Shown here one piece after another: positions 47,820-58,398 of a DNA stretch of 64,000 nt. The notes under the pieces are model-generated. The model did not search any database, was not told the DNA's origin, and saw nothing but the letters and a program-made list of their open reading frames with translations. The stretch is taken from positions 9,724 to 73,723 of IMG/VR virus record IMGVR_UViG_3300030331_005816. One strand, written 5' to 3'. Numbering within the stretch: the stretch's first letter is position 1; every line of letters starts with the position of its first letter. The position numbers and the translations under genes were made by a program. Source of the DNA: a virus.

Positions 47820-50800
47820 CCTATAGCGGCGATACGACAGACTTATTTGGTAGATTTTTACCAACACCAATATTTGATGGTATAAAAATTAGTAATGTTT
47901 CTCCAAGTGACAAAGATGTTGAGGATGCTAAAGATAGTGGCCTTGCAACCATAGCCATCATCGAAGGAGACGCTGCTACAGATCTCGGCACCTTGGGTGA
48001 TATAAATTATTCAAATATGGCTAGAATTGAAGTCAATGCTTCTTTGATATTTAATTCTGATGATTCCTTTAATCCAGAAGAATATTTTAATACATTATTA
48101 ACAAATGGTGCTGATAATGTTCCATCTTTATATCTTAATATTATTGCAATAAAAGAAAGTAACTTGGAGCAAAATTTTATACGAGCACTAAAAGATGATA
48201 AGTTAGAAATTTCTAATCTTAGACTGGCTATGGATTCTATACAAAATACGGTGAACAGATATACAGGAGACTCATCATTGTATGAACTGCCATCTTCTGC
48301 TCTTGAAAACGATTTAATTGTTAGTAAATTTTTAAACAAGACGGCATTTCAAGCATATTCTATTCCTTATTCTTCTGTTGTGTCAGATTACGAATTTAGA
48401 ACTGATTACGATGATGATGGAAATCCATTTTTTGTCACTGGTAACCAGACCTTCAAATTTATTATTCCAGATTTTAGAGGGCTTAAAAATGTTTCAATTT
48501 TTGCATGCCTCTCAACTCGTAGTATTCATGATATATCTCTGCAATCAAAAGCAATGTTTGCATTAAATTTTGGTGACATAAGCTACGAAGACATTGTAAT
48601 AGGTGGCAAAGTTGCAAAGTTTGGTGATCCTGTTTTTATCGATTCACAAAGTTTAGTTTACACGAATATGCCTTTAATGGCACTAAACTCTAAATTTTAT
48701 AAAACTGACTCAATAACAAAATTAGATTTGGATAAATCTCTTGATCCGATAATAACAAAATATAGTAAGTTTATAAATAACGACAAATCTTTAAAAAGAC
48801 AAATTGACAATATTTTATTTGTAAGACAAAAATATTCTGATTCTACTGAATTACTTCCAAATTTGCAAAAGAGTAATAATCTATCTCCAAGCAAAAGTCC
48901 TAACAACAACATTGGCAGAATGTATGATGAAATTAGAATTTCCATCAATAATTTTAATGTTGGGCTACAAGGAGAAGAAGAAGTAGTAAAAAGAATTTTT
49001 AGAAATTTTAAAATTTTAGACTTAAGAGATGTTGTTAATTTAGAGTTTACCACATCTTATGACGAAAATAATGATCTTGAAGTGGTCGATGGTAGAAATG
49101 TGGACGAAAATTATATCTACATGAACAAAATACACTCTAATGCTGCCAAATATGTACCAATAAACGATGCTATGAATTGGCCCGGTAGAGCCGAAATACC
49201 AGTGACATCTGCCGAAAGAAAGCAACAAGTTTTGACTAGGATTGCTACCATAAAACAAGAAATAAAAAAAGTAGCAAAGGATGCCATACTGGGTTCATTG
49301 GGAGATATTACTAATGACACTCTTGAATCTAAAATTGATGAGGCTGATGAGTGGTTTCAAGGATTTTGTCAATTTTGGGCTGGGAAGGATGATAATGTCA
49401 AGAAGCTTGTTGGTGGGAACTGGATAAATCAGAAATCGACAAATTCTAAACTTTACTTAGCAAAAGAATCTTCCATAGAAAATGTAGATGAGATTACGAA
49501 ATCCGAAGCAGGCGCCGCCGCAAAGCAAGCTTCAGAATATTTTGAAACAGTGTATAACAATGAAAGTTTGGACTTTTTTATGAGAGGTCCATGGGAAGAT
49601 GATGATATCGAAGACGGCAATCTCGCACCCACAGTTACGGGCGGCTCAAAATATGAAGAACTTTCCGTCAGACAAATTCACGAGTTAACCGGAATGGCCC
49701 ATTTAAATGCCAAAATACAACTTATTTTCCCAAAAACAGTCTCCGGCCGGAATGACACTTTGCCAACAATAGGTTCAGATAGAGCGGCTCATATTTCACA
49801 AGCAAATGATGTTGCTAAGGAGTTTCGTGTTTTTGATACTTTGGTTAAAACATATGATGACCCGTATAGTTTTTCTGAATTTGTTTATAGTAATACATAT
49901 GGTGTGTTTGGCACAGCTAATGCAGAAGAGTTTGTTTCTGGAATTGCAGTTAAAGATAACGAACAAGTCAAACAAGACTTTCGTGTAAATTTAAAAAATG
50001 CAATTGAAAATCATTTGACTGGCAATGGCAAACTTTTAGACGGTACTCTTGGCCCCGATGATAACGAAGGACTCGCCTATAATATATTTAAAATAAAAGA
50101 TCAAATTTTTAATAACATTGAACAAATTATAGATGAAGAAATTGACAAAATACTTAATACGAACCTTTATCAACAGCTACTACAGGAAAGTTCCAGAGAT
50201 CTTAGAGCAAAGGCAATATTTGTTACATTGAGAAAAAAATTAAAGGTAGCCGTAGAAGAAACAATTAGCTCTGCTGGCTATACAGCCTTTTTAGCAACTC
50301 CTGCAACTATCAGTGGGGATCCGCCCTCTGATCTCATTAGGGAGCAATGCATACCACAAGCTAAATTAATAAAAACAAGTGACACCAATAATAAGGGAAT
50401 AATATACGGTAAATATCCAAAACTACAACAGAAGTTTAGCCCAAGCTATGCTAATGGTGGTTCGTTATGGTATCATAAAATTGATTTGAGTGGTGGCATG
50501 CTAGAAGCAATGAGCGAAGGGTTGATGTCAGAAAAAACACAAATTGAAAATTTAATTGAAAATGCGCTTGAAGAGGCAGTTGGATATGAAGCTATTGTTT
50601 ATGATACTAGATTATTTGATAAACTGGCAGAGACAGACATTATAATTCAAAAATCAGGATATTTTTTCTTTGATTATGAAAAGTTTGTTAGACGGCGATC
50701 ATTTTTATCAAGGTATATGGATGTTGGAAGATTAATTGACTTTACTTCAACCGGCAAGGAACTTACAAATGCATCCATTAAGGTTGATAAGGTTAGACTT

Positions 50801-51889
50801 ATTAATTTAACTCACAATTTAAATATGCTATTAGATCGAGATATCCAAAGTTTTAGTGCAGAACCACAAGATCCAGTTGAATATAAAACCTTTAAATTTC
50901 ATACTAGTCTAAATTCAAATGGAGATTTACATGCATTTCCAAAAGCACCTATTTCAAAAGCAATAACATCTGAACAATTTTTTAATTTAGATTCTTTGCC
51001 AACTGCAACCGCGGTAGCCACTGCCACCGGCACACCAATTAGTGCTGGGTACGAATCTGCGGCTGCCACTGGCTTACCCACCACGGCTTTAACGGCTGAT
51101 ACTTCCGTAATTGCTTCCGAGACTGATGTAGAATCTTCATTCGTTGATACATTTTCAAAAATTACACAAAGAAATTTTAACTTTACTGATTTCAATAATG
51201 GGCTTTTGAGAGAGGGCCAAACATGGAAAGATGATTATAGACTAAACATGTATCAATATCAATTTTTTATTGATGATGATCAATTTAATAGAGTTCCTAC
51301 CACAGTCGATCCCAGTGACTTTTCACCCAATTCCGAGCGAAAAGATGGTCATACAATAGACTATCAAGTATACGAAATTAAAATAATAGATGATTCACAT
51401 GACTCATTGATTGCAATTGCTGCTAAGTTTGAGGATCTTTACAATAATTTTAAAAACAATTATTACGATGTGGCATTGGAGCAATGCTCATATAACGAAT
51501 TTAACAAAACGTTTAATGATTTTTTTGTATCTGCAATTAAAGAAAAATATCCAAATACTTTAAACCCTTGGTCGCAGATGGTCTCAGTATATGTTCTATA
51601 TTTGAATATCTTCACCAATAGTTTTGAAGGAGACTATGTACAAATGGTTGAATTTGGTGAAAAAATGTTAAGCAGCATAAGACCCGAAACAGGAACTTTG
51701 GATCGTTTGATATCAGTTAATAATGTATTCGTTAATTTTAATAATGAATTGAAATCTTTAATTTCGACTGCATCTGACGATTTTAAATCATACTCAAATA
51801 TACAAACAATTCAGGTTCAACAAGCTATTCAAAGACCAATATTAGATCATATTGGCGACTATTCTGATGTTCTTGGACCAACAGGATAA
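47807..51889 (+). CDS. large hypothetical protein (1360 aa)
   Basis: Long ORF in the structural block. Confidence 0.7.
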   Translation: MPRLTYSGDTTDLFGRFLPTPIFDGIKISNVSPSDKDVEDAKDSGLATIAIIEGDAATDLGTLGDINYSNMARIEVNASLIFNSDDSFNPEEYFNTLLTNGADNVPSLYLNIIAIKESNLEQNFIRALKDDKLEISNLRLAMDSIQNTVNRYTGDSSLYELPSSALENDLIVSKFLNKTAFQAYSIPYSSVVSDYEFRTDYDDDGNPFFVTGNQTFKFIIPDFRGLKNVSIFACLSTRSIHDISLQSKAMFALNFGDISYEDIVIGGKVAKFGDPVFIDSQSLVYTNMPLMALNSKFYKTDSITKLDLDKSLDPIITKYSKFINNDKSLKRQIDNILFVRQKYSDSTELLPNLQKSNNLSPSKSPNNNIGRMYDEIRISINNFNVGLQGEEEVVKRIFRNFKILDLRDVVNLEFTTSYDENNDLEVVDGRNVDENYIYMNKIHSNAAKYVPINDAMNWPGRAEIPVTSAERKQQVLTRIATIKQEIKKVAKDAILGSLGDITNDTLESKIDEADEWFQGFCQFWAGKDDNVKKLVGGNWINQKSTNSKLYLAKESSIENVDEITKSEAGAAAKQASEYFETVYNNESLDFFMRGPWEDDDIEDGNLAPTVTGGSKYEELSVRQIHELTGMAHLNAKIQLIFPKTVSGRNDTLPTIGSDRAAHISQANDVAKEFRVFDTLVKTYDDPYSFSEFVYSNTYGVFGTANAEEFVSGIAVKDNEQVKQDFRVNLKNAIENHLTGNGKLLDGTLGPDDNEGLAYNIFKIKDQIFNNIEQIIDEEIDKILNTNLYQQLLQESSRDLRAKAIFVTLRKKLKVAVEETISSAGYTAFLATPATISGDPPSDLIREQCIPQAKLIKTSDTNNKGIIYGKYPKLQQKFSPSYANGGSLWYHKIDLSGGMLEAMSEGLMSEKTQIENLIENALEEAVGYEAIVYDTRLFDKLAETDIIIQKSGYFFFDYEKFVRRRSFLSRYMDVGRLIDFTSTGKELTNASIKVDKVRLINLTHNLNMLLDRDIQSFSAEPQDPVEYKTFKFHTSLNSNGDLHAFPKAPISKAITSEQFFNLDSLPTATAVATATGTPISAGYESAAATGLPTTALTADTSVIASETDVESSFVDTFSKITQRNFNFTDFNNGLLREGQTWKDDYRLNMYQYQFFIDDDQFNRVPTTVDPSDFSPNSERKDGHTIDYQVYEIKIIDDSHDSLIAIAAKFEDLYNNFKNNYYDVALEQCSYNEFNKTFNDFFVSAIKEKYPNTLNPWSQMVSVYVLYLNIFTNSFEGDYVQMVEFGEKMLSSIRPETGTLDRLISVNNVFVNFNNELKSLISTASDDFKSYSNIQTIQVQQAIQRPILDHIGDYSDVLGPTG

Positions 51890-51918
51890 ATTAATAATTA
51901 TTATGGAGGCATAAAACG

Positions 51919-52497
51919 ATGTTTAAAATACCTTTTCAGGTTTCACAAATTAAAAAACAGCCAAAGCTTTATACAAAAAATAAAAACAAGTTTATATTAG
52001 GCGATAAAATTGTTAATAAAAATACCGATCCAACATTATTCAATGTACAAAATGCTGCACTAGCTGTCCAGCATATGTCTGGCACACCATCGTCTGCCAG
52101 ACCCACCACTCACTCCACGACAACAGATATAGAAGCAATCTCTGTTGAAACTTTAATTCAGATGAATGTGGGCATTAGTGGTTTAAAAAAAGATTTCTCT
52201 TTACTAGAAGATAATAACCCTCAAATCGATTTGTCAAATCCAAGCATTATAGCTCAAAAAGAATTAGATAATGTAAGTAACGACCTAATCAAGCCAAGCG
52301 GATTTGATTTAGCTAATGATCCTATTTATGAACTTGATGCTGCTAAAGTGTCTGCAGCAAATATTAATGATTTGCAAGATGCTAGAGATTTTTTTGCACC
52401 CGTTGATCCATCTCAAATACTCTCTGGTTTAAATATTATGAATCAAAGTTCAGAGTATTTTGGTAGAAATAAGTACTACGAAAAATTTGGGAGATAA
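51919..52497 (+). CDS. hypothetical protein (192 aa)
   Basis: SD GGAGG. Confidence 0.7.
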   Translation: MFKIPFQVSQIKKQPKLYTKNKNKFILGDKIVNKNTDPTLFNVQNAALAVQHMSGTPSSARPTTHSTTTDIEAISVETLIQMNVGISGLKKDFSLLEDNNPQIDLSNPSIIAQKELDNVSNDLIKPSGFDLANDPIYELDAAKVSAANINDLQDARDFFAPVDPSQILSGLNIMNQSSEYFGRNKYYEKFGR

Positions 52498-52500
52498 TAA

Positions 52501-53328
52501 ATGCCAACTCTTGAAAATATATTATTAAAAATTGACGAGCAAGATAGCACACATATAGACAAAATTATTGATTTTACTGATGAAAACAAACTAGAAGTAG
52601 AAGATTTAACCAAAATAGTCTCCTCTGGTGATAATACACAATTATTATTAGGAACATCAATTGAAACTGACGGGCAAGTTATAGATACTGACTCATTTGT
52701 GAGTTCACTTTACAATTCTGGTCTAATTGGCCAACAATTTACCGGTGACGGCGGTATAAGTGAGGAACAATATGCAATTTACTCAAGCACTTTAAATAAT
52801 AGTATTGGGCTTGTCTTAGTTTTAATGGAGCAGTCCCGTAAACTTAGCAGCGGTTACACAACCACTGAATTGGTCCCTGTGTTTGCACACACAGCTAACG
52901 ATGCATTAAATGATCCATCTTTTAATGCAACATTTGATTTTGGCGAGCAGAGTGAAGACACATCATTGCCTACCAATTATATATCTTATGAGCCGTATGG
53001 AAGTGAAGCTTACAATAATTCTGAATATCTTGCACTTAGAGGTAAGTTTGGATATGAAGAATTAACAACAAGCAATGTTGTTCTGGCCCCTTTTAATGAG
53101 GCATATGCTAGAATGACACAAGATGTTGACAAACTTGCTTTGGACATAGCATCTGGAATCCTAACATCAAAAGACATCATAAAAACAACTAATAAGTTAG
53201 AATTAACAGATAATCTGTTGCAGGAAATAACTCAAGATGAAGTTTCAAGCACAAGAGCAAGCCTAGAATCATCGAGTCCAAATACATCAGCAACTACTGT
53301 TTCCGTCCCAACCGGAGTATCATATTAA
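52501..53328 (+). CDS. hypothetical acidic protein (275 aa)
   Basis: ORF with SD GGAG. Confidence 0.7.
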   Translation: MPTLENILLKIDEQDSTHIDKIIDFTDENKLEVEDLTKIVSSGDNTQLLLGTSIETDGQVIDTDSFVSSLYNSGLIGQQFTGDGGISEEQYAIYSSTLNNSIGLVLVLMEQSRKLSSGYTTTELVPVFAHTANDALNDPSFNATFDFGEQSEDTSLPTNYISYEPYGSEAYNNSEYLALRGKFGYEELTTSNVVLAPFNEAYARMTQDVDKLALDIASGILTSKDIIKTTNKLELTDNLLQEITQDEVSSTRASLESSSPNTSATTVSVPTGVSY

Positions 53329-56186
53329 TGAGTGTCGATTTAGAACAAATTCAAATTTATATTGACTCAATATCACAATATCCAACACAAGAATATGGTG
53401 GTAAATTTACTAGTCTAGTTGATGTCAATTTATTTTCCGGCTCTAATGATCTGTTTAGAAACTCAGTTGGTGGATATTTTTTTAATTCTATAGATGATGC
53501 ACAACAATTAAAAGTACCACCAAATTTTAAAAAATTTCTATACTTTGATAATATTAATCCACAAATATATTCTATTAATTCTTACAAGGGCGAAAGAATC
53601 AACAGTAATATTGAGTTTGTCCAATCTGGCATGGATCGCAGCGAATCTAGCTCTGGTGCTAGCTTAATACAAAACAAGGGTGTTGCAAGTCAAGATACAA
53701 TATTACCTTCCGTAAAATTTGTTTGTCAAGTTGAGGGCGATCCTAGAAATGAATTTTTGCAAGATCCCGTTGTTGGAAATAAATATTGGGAAAAATTATT
53801 CACTGGTGGTCAATTTAACGGCCAGAATATTGAACCAATATACTCAACTGAGTCATTTGATTCACACTATACAACGATTAACATGCCGTATGATAAAATT
53901 GATTTTAAAACTTTAAAAAATGGCTCAGCAGTTGATAGATATACACAAGTTTCATATGAATATAATACTTATAATCAATTATATCAAGACTTTGTCAGAT
54001 CACTAAGCTCTGAAAAGCAAAATATAAATTGGTATTTATTAAACATGTATTCATTAAACTTTTCAATTGATGTCCACACTAAATCACACTATGGATTTTC
54101 CTCAACAGAAGAACCAATAAAACTTTTTAATGAAAATACTGAACAATATTTACTCAATGTCAGAGAAAATATTTTAAATTCAGGGCCGACACAATCTTCT
54201 GAGTTTGAAAAAAGGCAAACAAATCTAATATTCAACAGTAACTCAATCCGTGAATTATTAAAGCCAGATACACCTGCTCAAACACTAAGTAACTTACTAC
54301 CGTATTATGCTAAAATTTCTGTTGACACTGAAAAAAGTGCGATATACTCAGAAATTATAAAATCTGAAAAATATTCCACTAATTTTTTAAAAACTTTGAA
54401 AGAGGTGTTTTTACAGCAAACAGAAGCAGCCCCTGAATTGGAAGAAATAAATTTTGTTGTTAATCAACAATCTATGACTTCTAAAATTGATAGTAAAATA
54501 GACACTCTGCAAGTTACCACTGACACTCAGCAATTTAAAGGAATTGATTTTGTAGAGATGCTTTTGTATTCTCACAATCAAATTAAAAATGAACAAAATG
54601 ACTTTACTGTAATTGATGAGCAAAATGTTGAATCTAAAGCGGCATATGATAGTAAAGGCACATATAGAGCATATAATACAAGAAATATTTTATCTGTCTT
54701 AAACAGAACTATTTCAACCTTCGCCGGAATAAATTTTGCATTTTACATTAACGATTTAAACACAATTATGAATGTCCAAAATGAAACCAAAGATTTTGAG
54801 TTTCGCGACTTGAATACTCTTTCCCCAGAGTCTAACTATAATGAGGTGTTGGCATATAGAGTTGAAAAAATATCCGGCCCCGTAACAGGCGATTCAAATA
54901 CACAAAATGTAATACAAAATTTTTGGATTTTTAATTCAGACGAGTTAGACGAACTTAATCTTACTGACTCTCAAACTAAATATGGAATCCAATACACTTA
55001 CAAAATTTATGCATATTACATCATTAAAGGTTACAAGTATAAATTTTCCGACTTGCAATTGACAAAAATAATTGGAACAGCAAGGGAGGACAATTCTATT
55101 AGTTCAGACACAGATGCCGCCACCGGAATTGATGGTTCAGGTGTATCTACTGACAATCCAATAAAAGGATATTGTGTAGAATACTTCGATCCATCAACAC
55201 AATTATCTGTTAGAGATCTTTTAGATCAGGCTGTCGGCGAAGTGGAGGATACAGGTGTTGTCTCATCTATCGCTAAAGAAGATACGGTGAGAATAAAAAA
55301 CTCACTTGTTCCCGGTGTTGATGGAGTATTACCTCCTTATTTGGCAAATTTTGTCACAACGGTTCAGCCGTCTTTAAAGTTGGTTGAAGTACCGATTCAA
55401 ACAAAATTGATTACTATCTCCGATCACCTTCCCAACAGAGTAAATGTTGATCCAATGTATCAGCTAAAAAGTGACAATAAACTAATATTTAATTTGACTT
55501 ATCAAACTTTTAGTCCTGAACTGTATACGAAAATAACGACCGACAGTGAATTAATTTTTAAAGACTCGTACTTGCAGTCAAACGATCTTACAGAAGTAAG
55601 TAAGTTGGAAAAAGAATCTGTGTCTCCAGCTAGATTTATTGATGTTTATCGCATAGATAAAAAACCAAAATCCTATGATGATTTTAAAGATAATCTTATA
55701 ACAACCATTGATAAAAAAATAATAAATCACAACTATGCATACAATTTTTGCCAGTACAGTGATATAGTGAAATCAAATCAGAAATATTATTACTTGTTTA
55801 AAACAAGAAACGAGCTTGGTGTGCAAGGACATGTAAGCCAAATTATTGAAGCGGAATTAATAAATGACGGTGGATATAAATATGCAACATTTGATGTTGT
55901 TAATGAAAGCGAATTACTAAGTGAAGTATATAAAAACATTTCAGAAACAATGAGTCGTGTTATGCAAATTAGTCCGCAACTAGATCAAATAAATTTTGAT
56001 GATTCTGAGGTTGATTATACAAAAACTGGAATATCACAAATAGACAAAATCAAAGTTGGTACCGTACCAGCCGGCTTAAAAATTTGGAACAAAACTTTTA
56101 AAATAAGATTAACATCTAGGAAAACTGGTAAAAAAATCGATTTAAATGTTACTTATAATAATCCTGATGTAAATTTGGATGAATAA
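53328..56186 (+). CDS. large hypothetical virion protein (952 aa)
   Basis: TAATG coupling; FN3-like YRVEK..QYTYKIYAY and YYYLFK segments; C-terminal FKIRLTSRKTGKKIDLNV. Confidence 0.65.
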   Translation: MSVDLEQIQIYIDSISQYPTQEYGGKFTSLVDVNLFSGSNDLFRNSVGGYFFNSIDDAQQLKVPPNFKKFLYFDNINPQIYSINSYKGERINSNIEFVQSGMDRSESSSGASLIQNKGVASQDTILPSVKFVCQVEGDPRNEFLQDPVVGNKYWEKLFTGGQFNGQNIEPIYSTESFDSHYTTINMPYDKIDFKTLKNGSAVDRYTQVSYEYNTYNQLYQDFVRSLSSEKQNINWYLLNMYSLNFSIDVHTKSHYGFSSTEEPIKLFNENTEQYLLNVRENILNSGPTQSSEFEKRQTNLIFNSNSIRELLKPDTPAQTLSNLLPYYAKISVDTEKSAIYSEIIKSEKYSTNFLKTLKEVFLQQTEAAPELEEINFVVNQQSMTSKIDSKIDTLQVTTDTQQFKGIDFVEMLLYSHNQIKNEQNDFTVIDEQNVESKAAYDSKGTYRAYNTRNILSVLNRTISTFAGINFAFYINDLNTIMNVQNETKDFEFRDLNTLSPESNYNEVLAYRVEKISGPVTGDSNTQNVIQNFWIFNSDELDELNLTDSQTKYGIQYTYKIYAYYIIKGYKYKFSDLQLTKIIGTAREDNSISSDTDAATGIDGSGVSTDNPIKGYCVEYFDPSTQLSVRDLLDQAVGEVEDTGVVSSIAKEDTVRIKNSLVPGVDGVLPPYLANFVTTVQPSLKLVEVPIQTKLITISDHLPNRVNVDPMYQLKSDNKLIFNLTYQTFSPELYTKITTDSELIFKDSYLQSNDLTEVSKLEKESVSPARFIDVYRIDKKPKSYDDFKDNLITTIDKKIINHNYAYNFCQYSDIVKSNQKYYYLFKTRNELGVQGHVSQIIEAELINDGGYKYATFDVVNESELLSEVYKNISETMSRVMQISPQLDQINFDDSEVDYTKTGISQIDKIKVGTVPAGLKIWNKTFKIRLTSRKTGKKIDLNVTYNNPDVNLDE

Positions 56187-56199
56187 CTAAAAATCGATA

Positions 56200-56207
56200 C
56201 TATTTAT
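56200..56207 (+). promoter_or_regulatory. putative late promoter CTATTTAT
   Basis: Intergenic, 24 nt upstream of ATG 56224, before SD GAGG. Confidence 0.55.
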
Positions 56208-56223
56208 AAGAAGAGGTAATAAA

Positions 56224-57219
56224 ATGGCATTTTTGGATAATTCGGGAGACATCATACTTGATGCAGTGCTAACCGATGTGGGAAGAAAAAGAATGGCACA
56301 AGGAGATTTTAAAATCTCTAAGTTCGCAATTGGAGATGATGAAATAGATTATCAACTTTACAACAAAAATCATCCATCTGGATCAGCTTATTATGATCTA
56401 GAAATTCTTCAAACTCCCGTGTTGGAAGCATTCACCCAAACTAATGCTAGTATTAATTATGGTCTAACAACATTTGCCAATCAAAACTTGTTTTACTTGC
56501 CCTCTATCGCCTTAAATGATAAGAGCATCGGCGGGAGCAATGCATTTATTGCCTCTACGGGTGTAATTTACTTGTCTATTAATAATACCACACCAGCCGG
56601 CAAGACCACTAGAGAACTACTTAAAGAAGACTTTTCGTCCGGCGATAATATTGCTCTTGTGCAAGGCACATCCCTCAGTCCATTTATTTTAATTGAAACG
56701 GGCATAGACACCACAGCCGTGAAAGGAACAGCAGCGAAACAATCTGAGCTTATTATTAGTAACGGATTATTAGATAATAATTTTGATGTTAGTTTTGATA
56801 ATAGGTTTATTTCACAAGTTGGATTTTCCACCAATACAGGATTTAGAACGGTGGAGTCTGGCGGCGGTTTTGTCCCGCAAGACATCTCATTTAAGAACGG
56901 CAGCGAAGACAATACACTTGAAAATTATAGCACCGTCACTGTAGAAGGATTTATCACACAAATATATAGTCCTAGCACTGGTGACGACAACACCGCCAAT
57001 ATATCAGCCATAAGAGGGCCAAGGGGCTCCCACTGTGCTCTTAACTTTACAGTAAATGATTCCTTGACGGAACAAACATATTTGGAATTTGGTTCTGTCA
57101 ACAGAACTCAGAACGGTGGATCCCAACTATATGATTTTATTGATACAAATGTTTATGTTCGTGGTGCCTCAACAGGAACCACTATAACACTTCCAATTAG
57201 AATTATTACAAACTCATAA
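56224..57219 (+). CDS. virion structural protein (tail-collar-fibre N-half-like)
   Basis: MAFLDNSGDIILDAVLTDVGRKRMAQGDFKISKFAIGDDEIDY. Confidence 0.7.
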   Translation: MAFLDNSGDIILDAVLTDVGRKRMAQGDFKISKFAIGDDEIDYQLYNKNHPSGSAYYDLEILQTPVLEAFTQTNASINYGLTTFANQNLFYLPSIALNDKSIGGSNAFIASTGVIYLSINNTTPAGKTTRELLKEDFSSGDNIALVQGTSLSPFILIETGIDTTAVKGTAAKQSELIISNGLLDNNFDVSFDNRFISQVGFSTNTGFRTVESGGGFVPQDISFKNGSEDNTLENYSTVTVEGFITQIYSPSTGDDNTANISAIRGPRGSHCALNFTVNDSLTEQTYLEFGSVNRTQNGGSQLYDFIDTNVYVRGASTGTTITLPIRIITNS

Positions 57220-57236
57220 AATAACGGAGATTTTGA

Positions 57237-58397
57237 ATGCCAACAACTTACGAGCCACTTGATGTCAACACTGACACAACAACTACAAAAACTATCTTAC
57301 ACGAAGTTATTCCATTAACCGGAACTATTGTAAGTGGTACATACGACAGTCCAGATGGCACATCCTTCAACATTAAAAATTATACTCATGGTATGTTCCA
57401 ATCGGTTTATGATTATCCATTCCTTAGTTCTTCTGCAAACCACATATTTGACTTAACAGTTAGTTTACATTCTGCTTCTTTTTTAACTTCGTCCGGTACC
57501 GCATTTGTCGCGGGAACTGACAGCACCCAAAAAACTAAGAAAATTAATACATATACACAATTTGCTCAAGTTCTTCTTGGTTTTGAAGATTCTAATTTAA
57601 ACACAGTTGAAGTCTTTGAATCTGATACAATCATTAGCGATAATGACAACCAAATGAAAGAAGTGTTTGTTATTCCGTTTTCGCGACTTGTAACAAAAGA
57701 TCAGATTAAGAAAGGTTCTTTTTCTATCACTCTTGGGACTGGCTCGCATGCCAGCCCATTTGCAAACAACGACTGCGATGCAAGACTCAAAATTCAAGAT
57801 TTGTCAGCTAGTACCGACGGCGGTACATCTACACATCTTGGTGGTGAATATGGTGTATTATATGTCTCCTCTGGTAGTAATCCATTTGTAACCAATCTTC
57901 TGAATGGGAAGACTCATGGTCCAGCGGGTGCCGAAGATAATCACTTGGCGGTTGGAGCAGTATTCTATCAAGCCGGTATCGCTGTTATAACTGGTTCTGT
58001 ATTTGATGATGTAAGTGCATCTTTTATACTAGCCGCCGACGGTGCCGGGAATCAAACATACTCCCAAGCAATGACTGGCTCTTCCATTAGTGCTTCATGT
58101 GATGCTATTAGACACAGAATCGCTGACATATCGTTTAACAACTCCACAGAAATCAACTCTACAATTTACTTCTGTAGATTACCTGTTAATAAGTTTAACT
58201 ACAGCACAAACCCAACATATACAAGTGCAAGCCAAATACAAGTAAAAAATACTGCAGATGATTTACCAGTCGCTTATGTGTCTACAGTTGGTTTATATAA
58301 CACCAGAAATGAATTGTTGGCTGTAGCAAAACTTTCCGAACCTCTCAAGAAGACACCACAGAACGAGCTGACAATTAGAGTTCGATTGGACTACTAA
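57237..58397 (+). CDS. virion structural protein (tail-collar-fibre C-half-like), [ST][GA]S-rich
   Basis: C-terminal FNYSTNPT...YVSTVGLYNTRNELLAVAKLSEPLKK...IRVRLDY. Confidence 0.7.
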   Translation: MPTTYEPLDVNTDTTTTKTILHEVIPLTGTIVSGTYDSPDGTSFNIKNYTHGMFQSVYDYPFLSSSANHIFDLTVSLHSASFLTSSGTAFVAGTDSTQKTKKINTYTQFAQVLLGFEDSNLNTVEVFESDTIISDNDNQMKEVFVIPFSRLVTKDQIKKGSFSITLGTGSHASPFANNDCDARLKIQDLSASTDGGTSTHLGGEYGVLYVSSGSNPFVTNLLNGKTHGPAGAEDNHLAVGAVFYQAGIAVITGSVFDDVSASFILAADGAGNQTYSQAMTGSSISASCDAIRHRIADISFNNSTEINSTIYFCRLPVNKFNYSTNPTYTSASQIQVKNTADDLPVAYVSTVGLYNTRNELLAVAKLSEPLKKTPQNELTIRVRLDY

Positions 58398-58398
58398 T

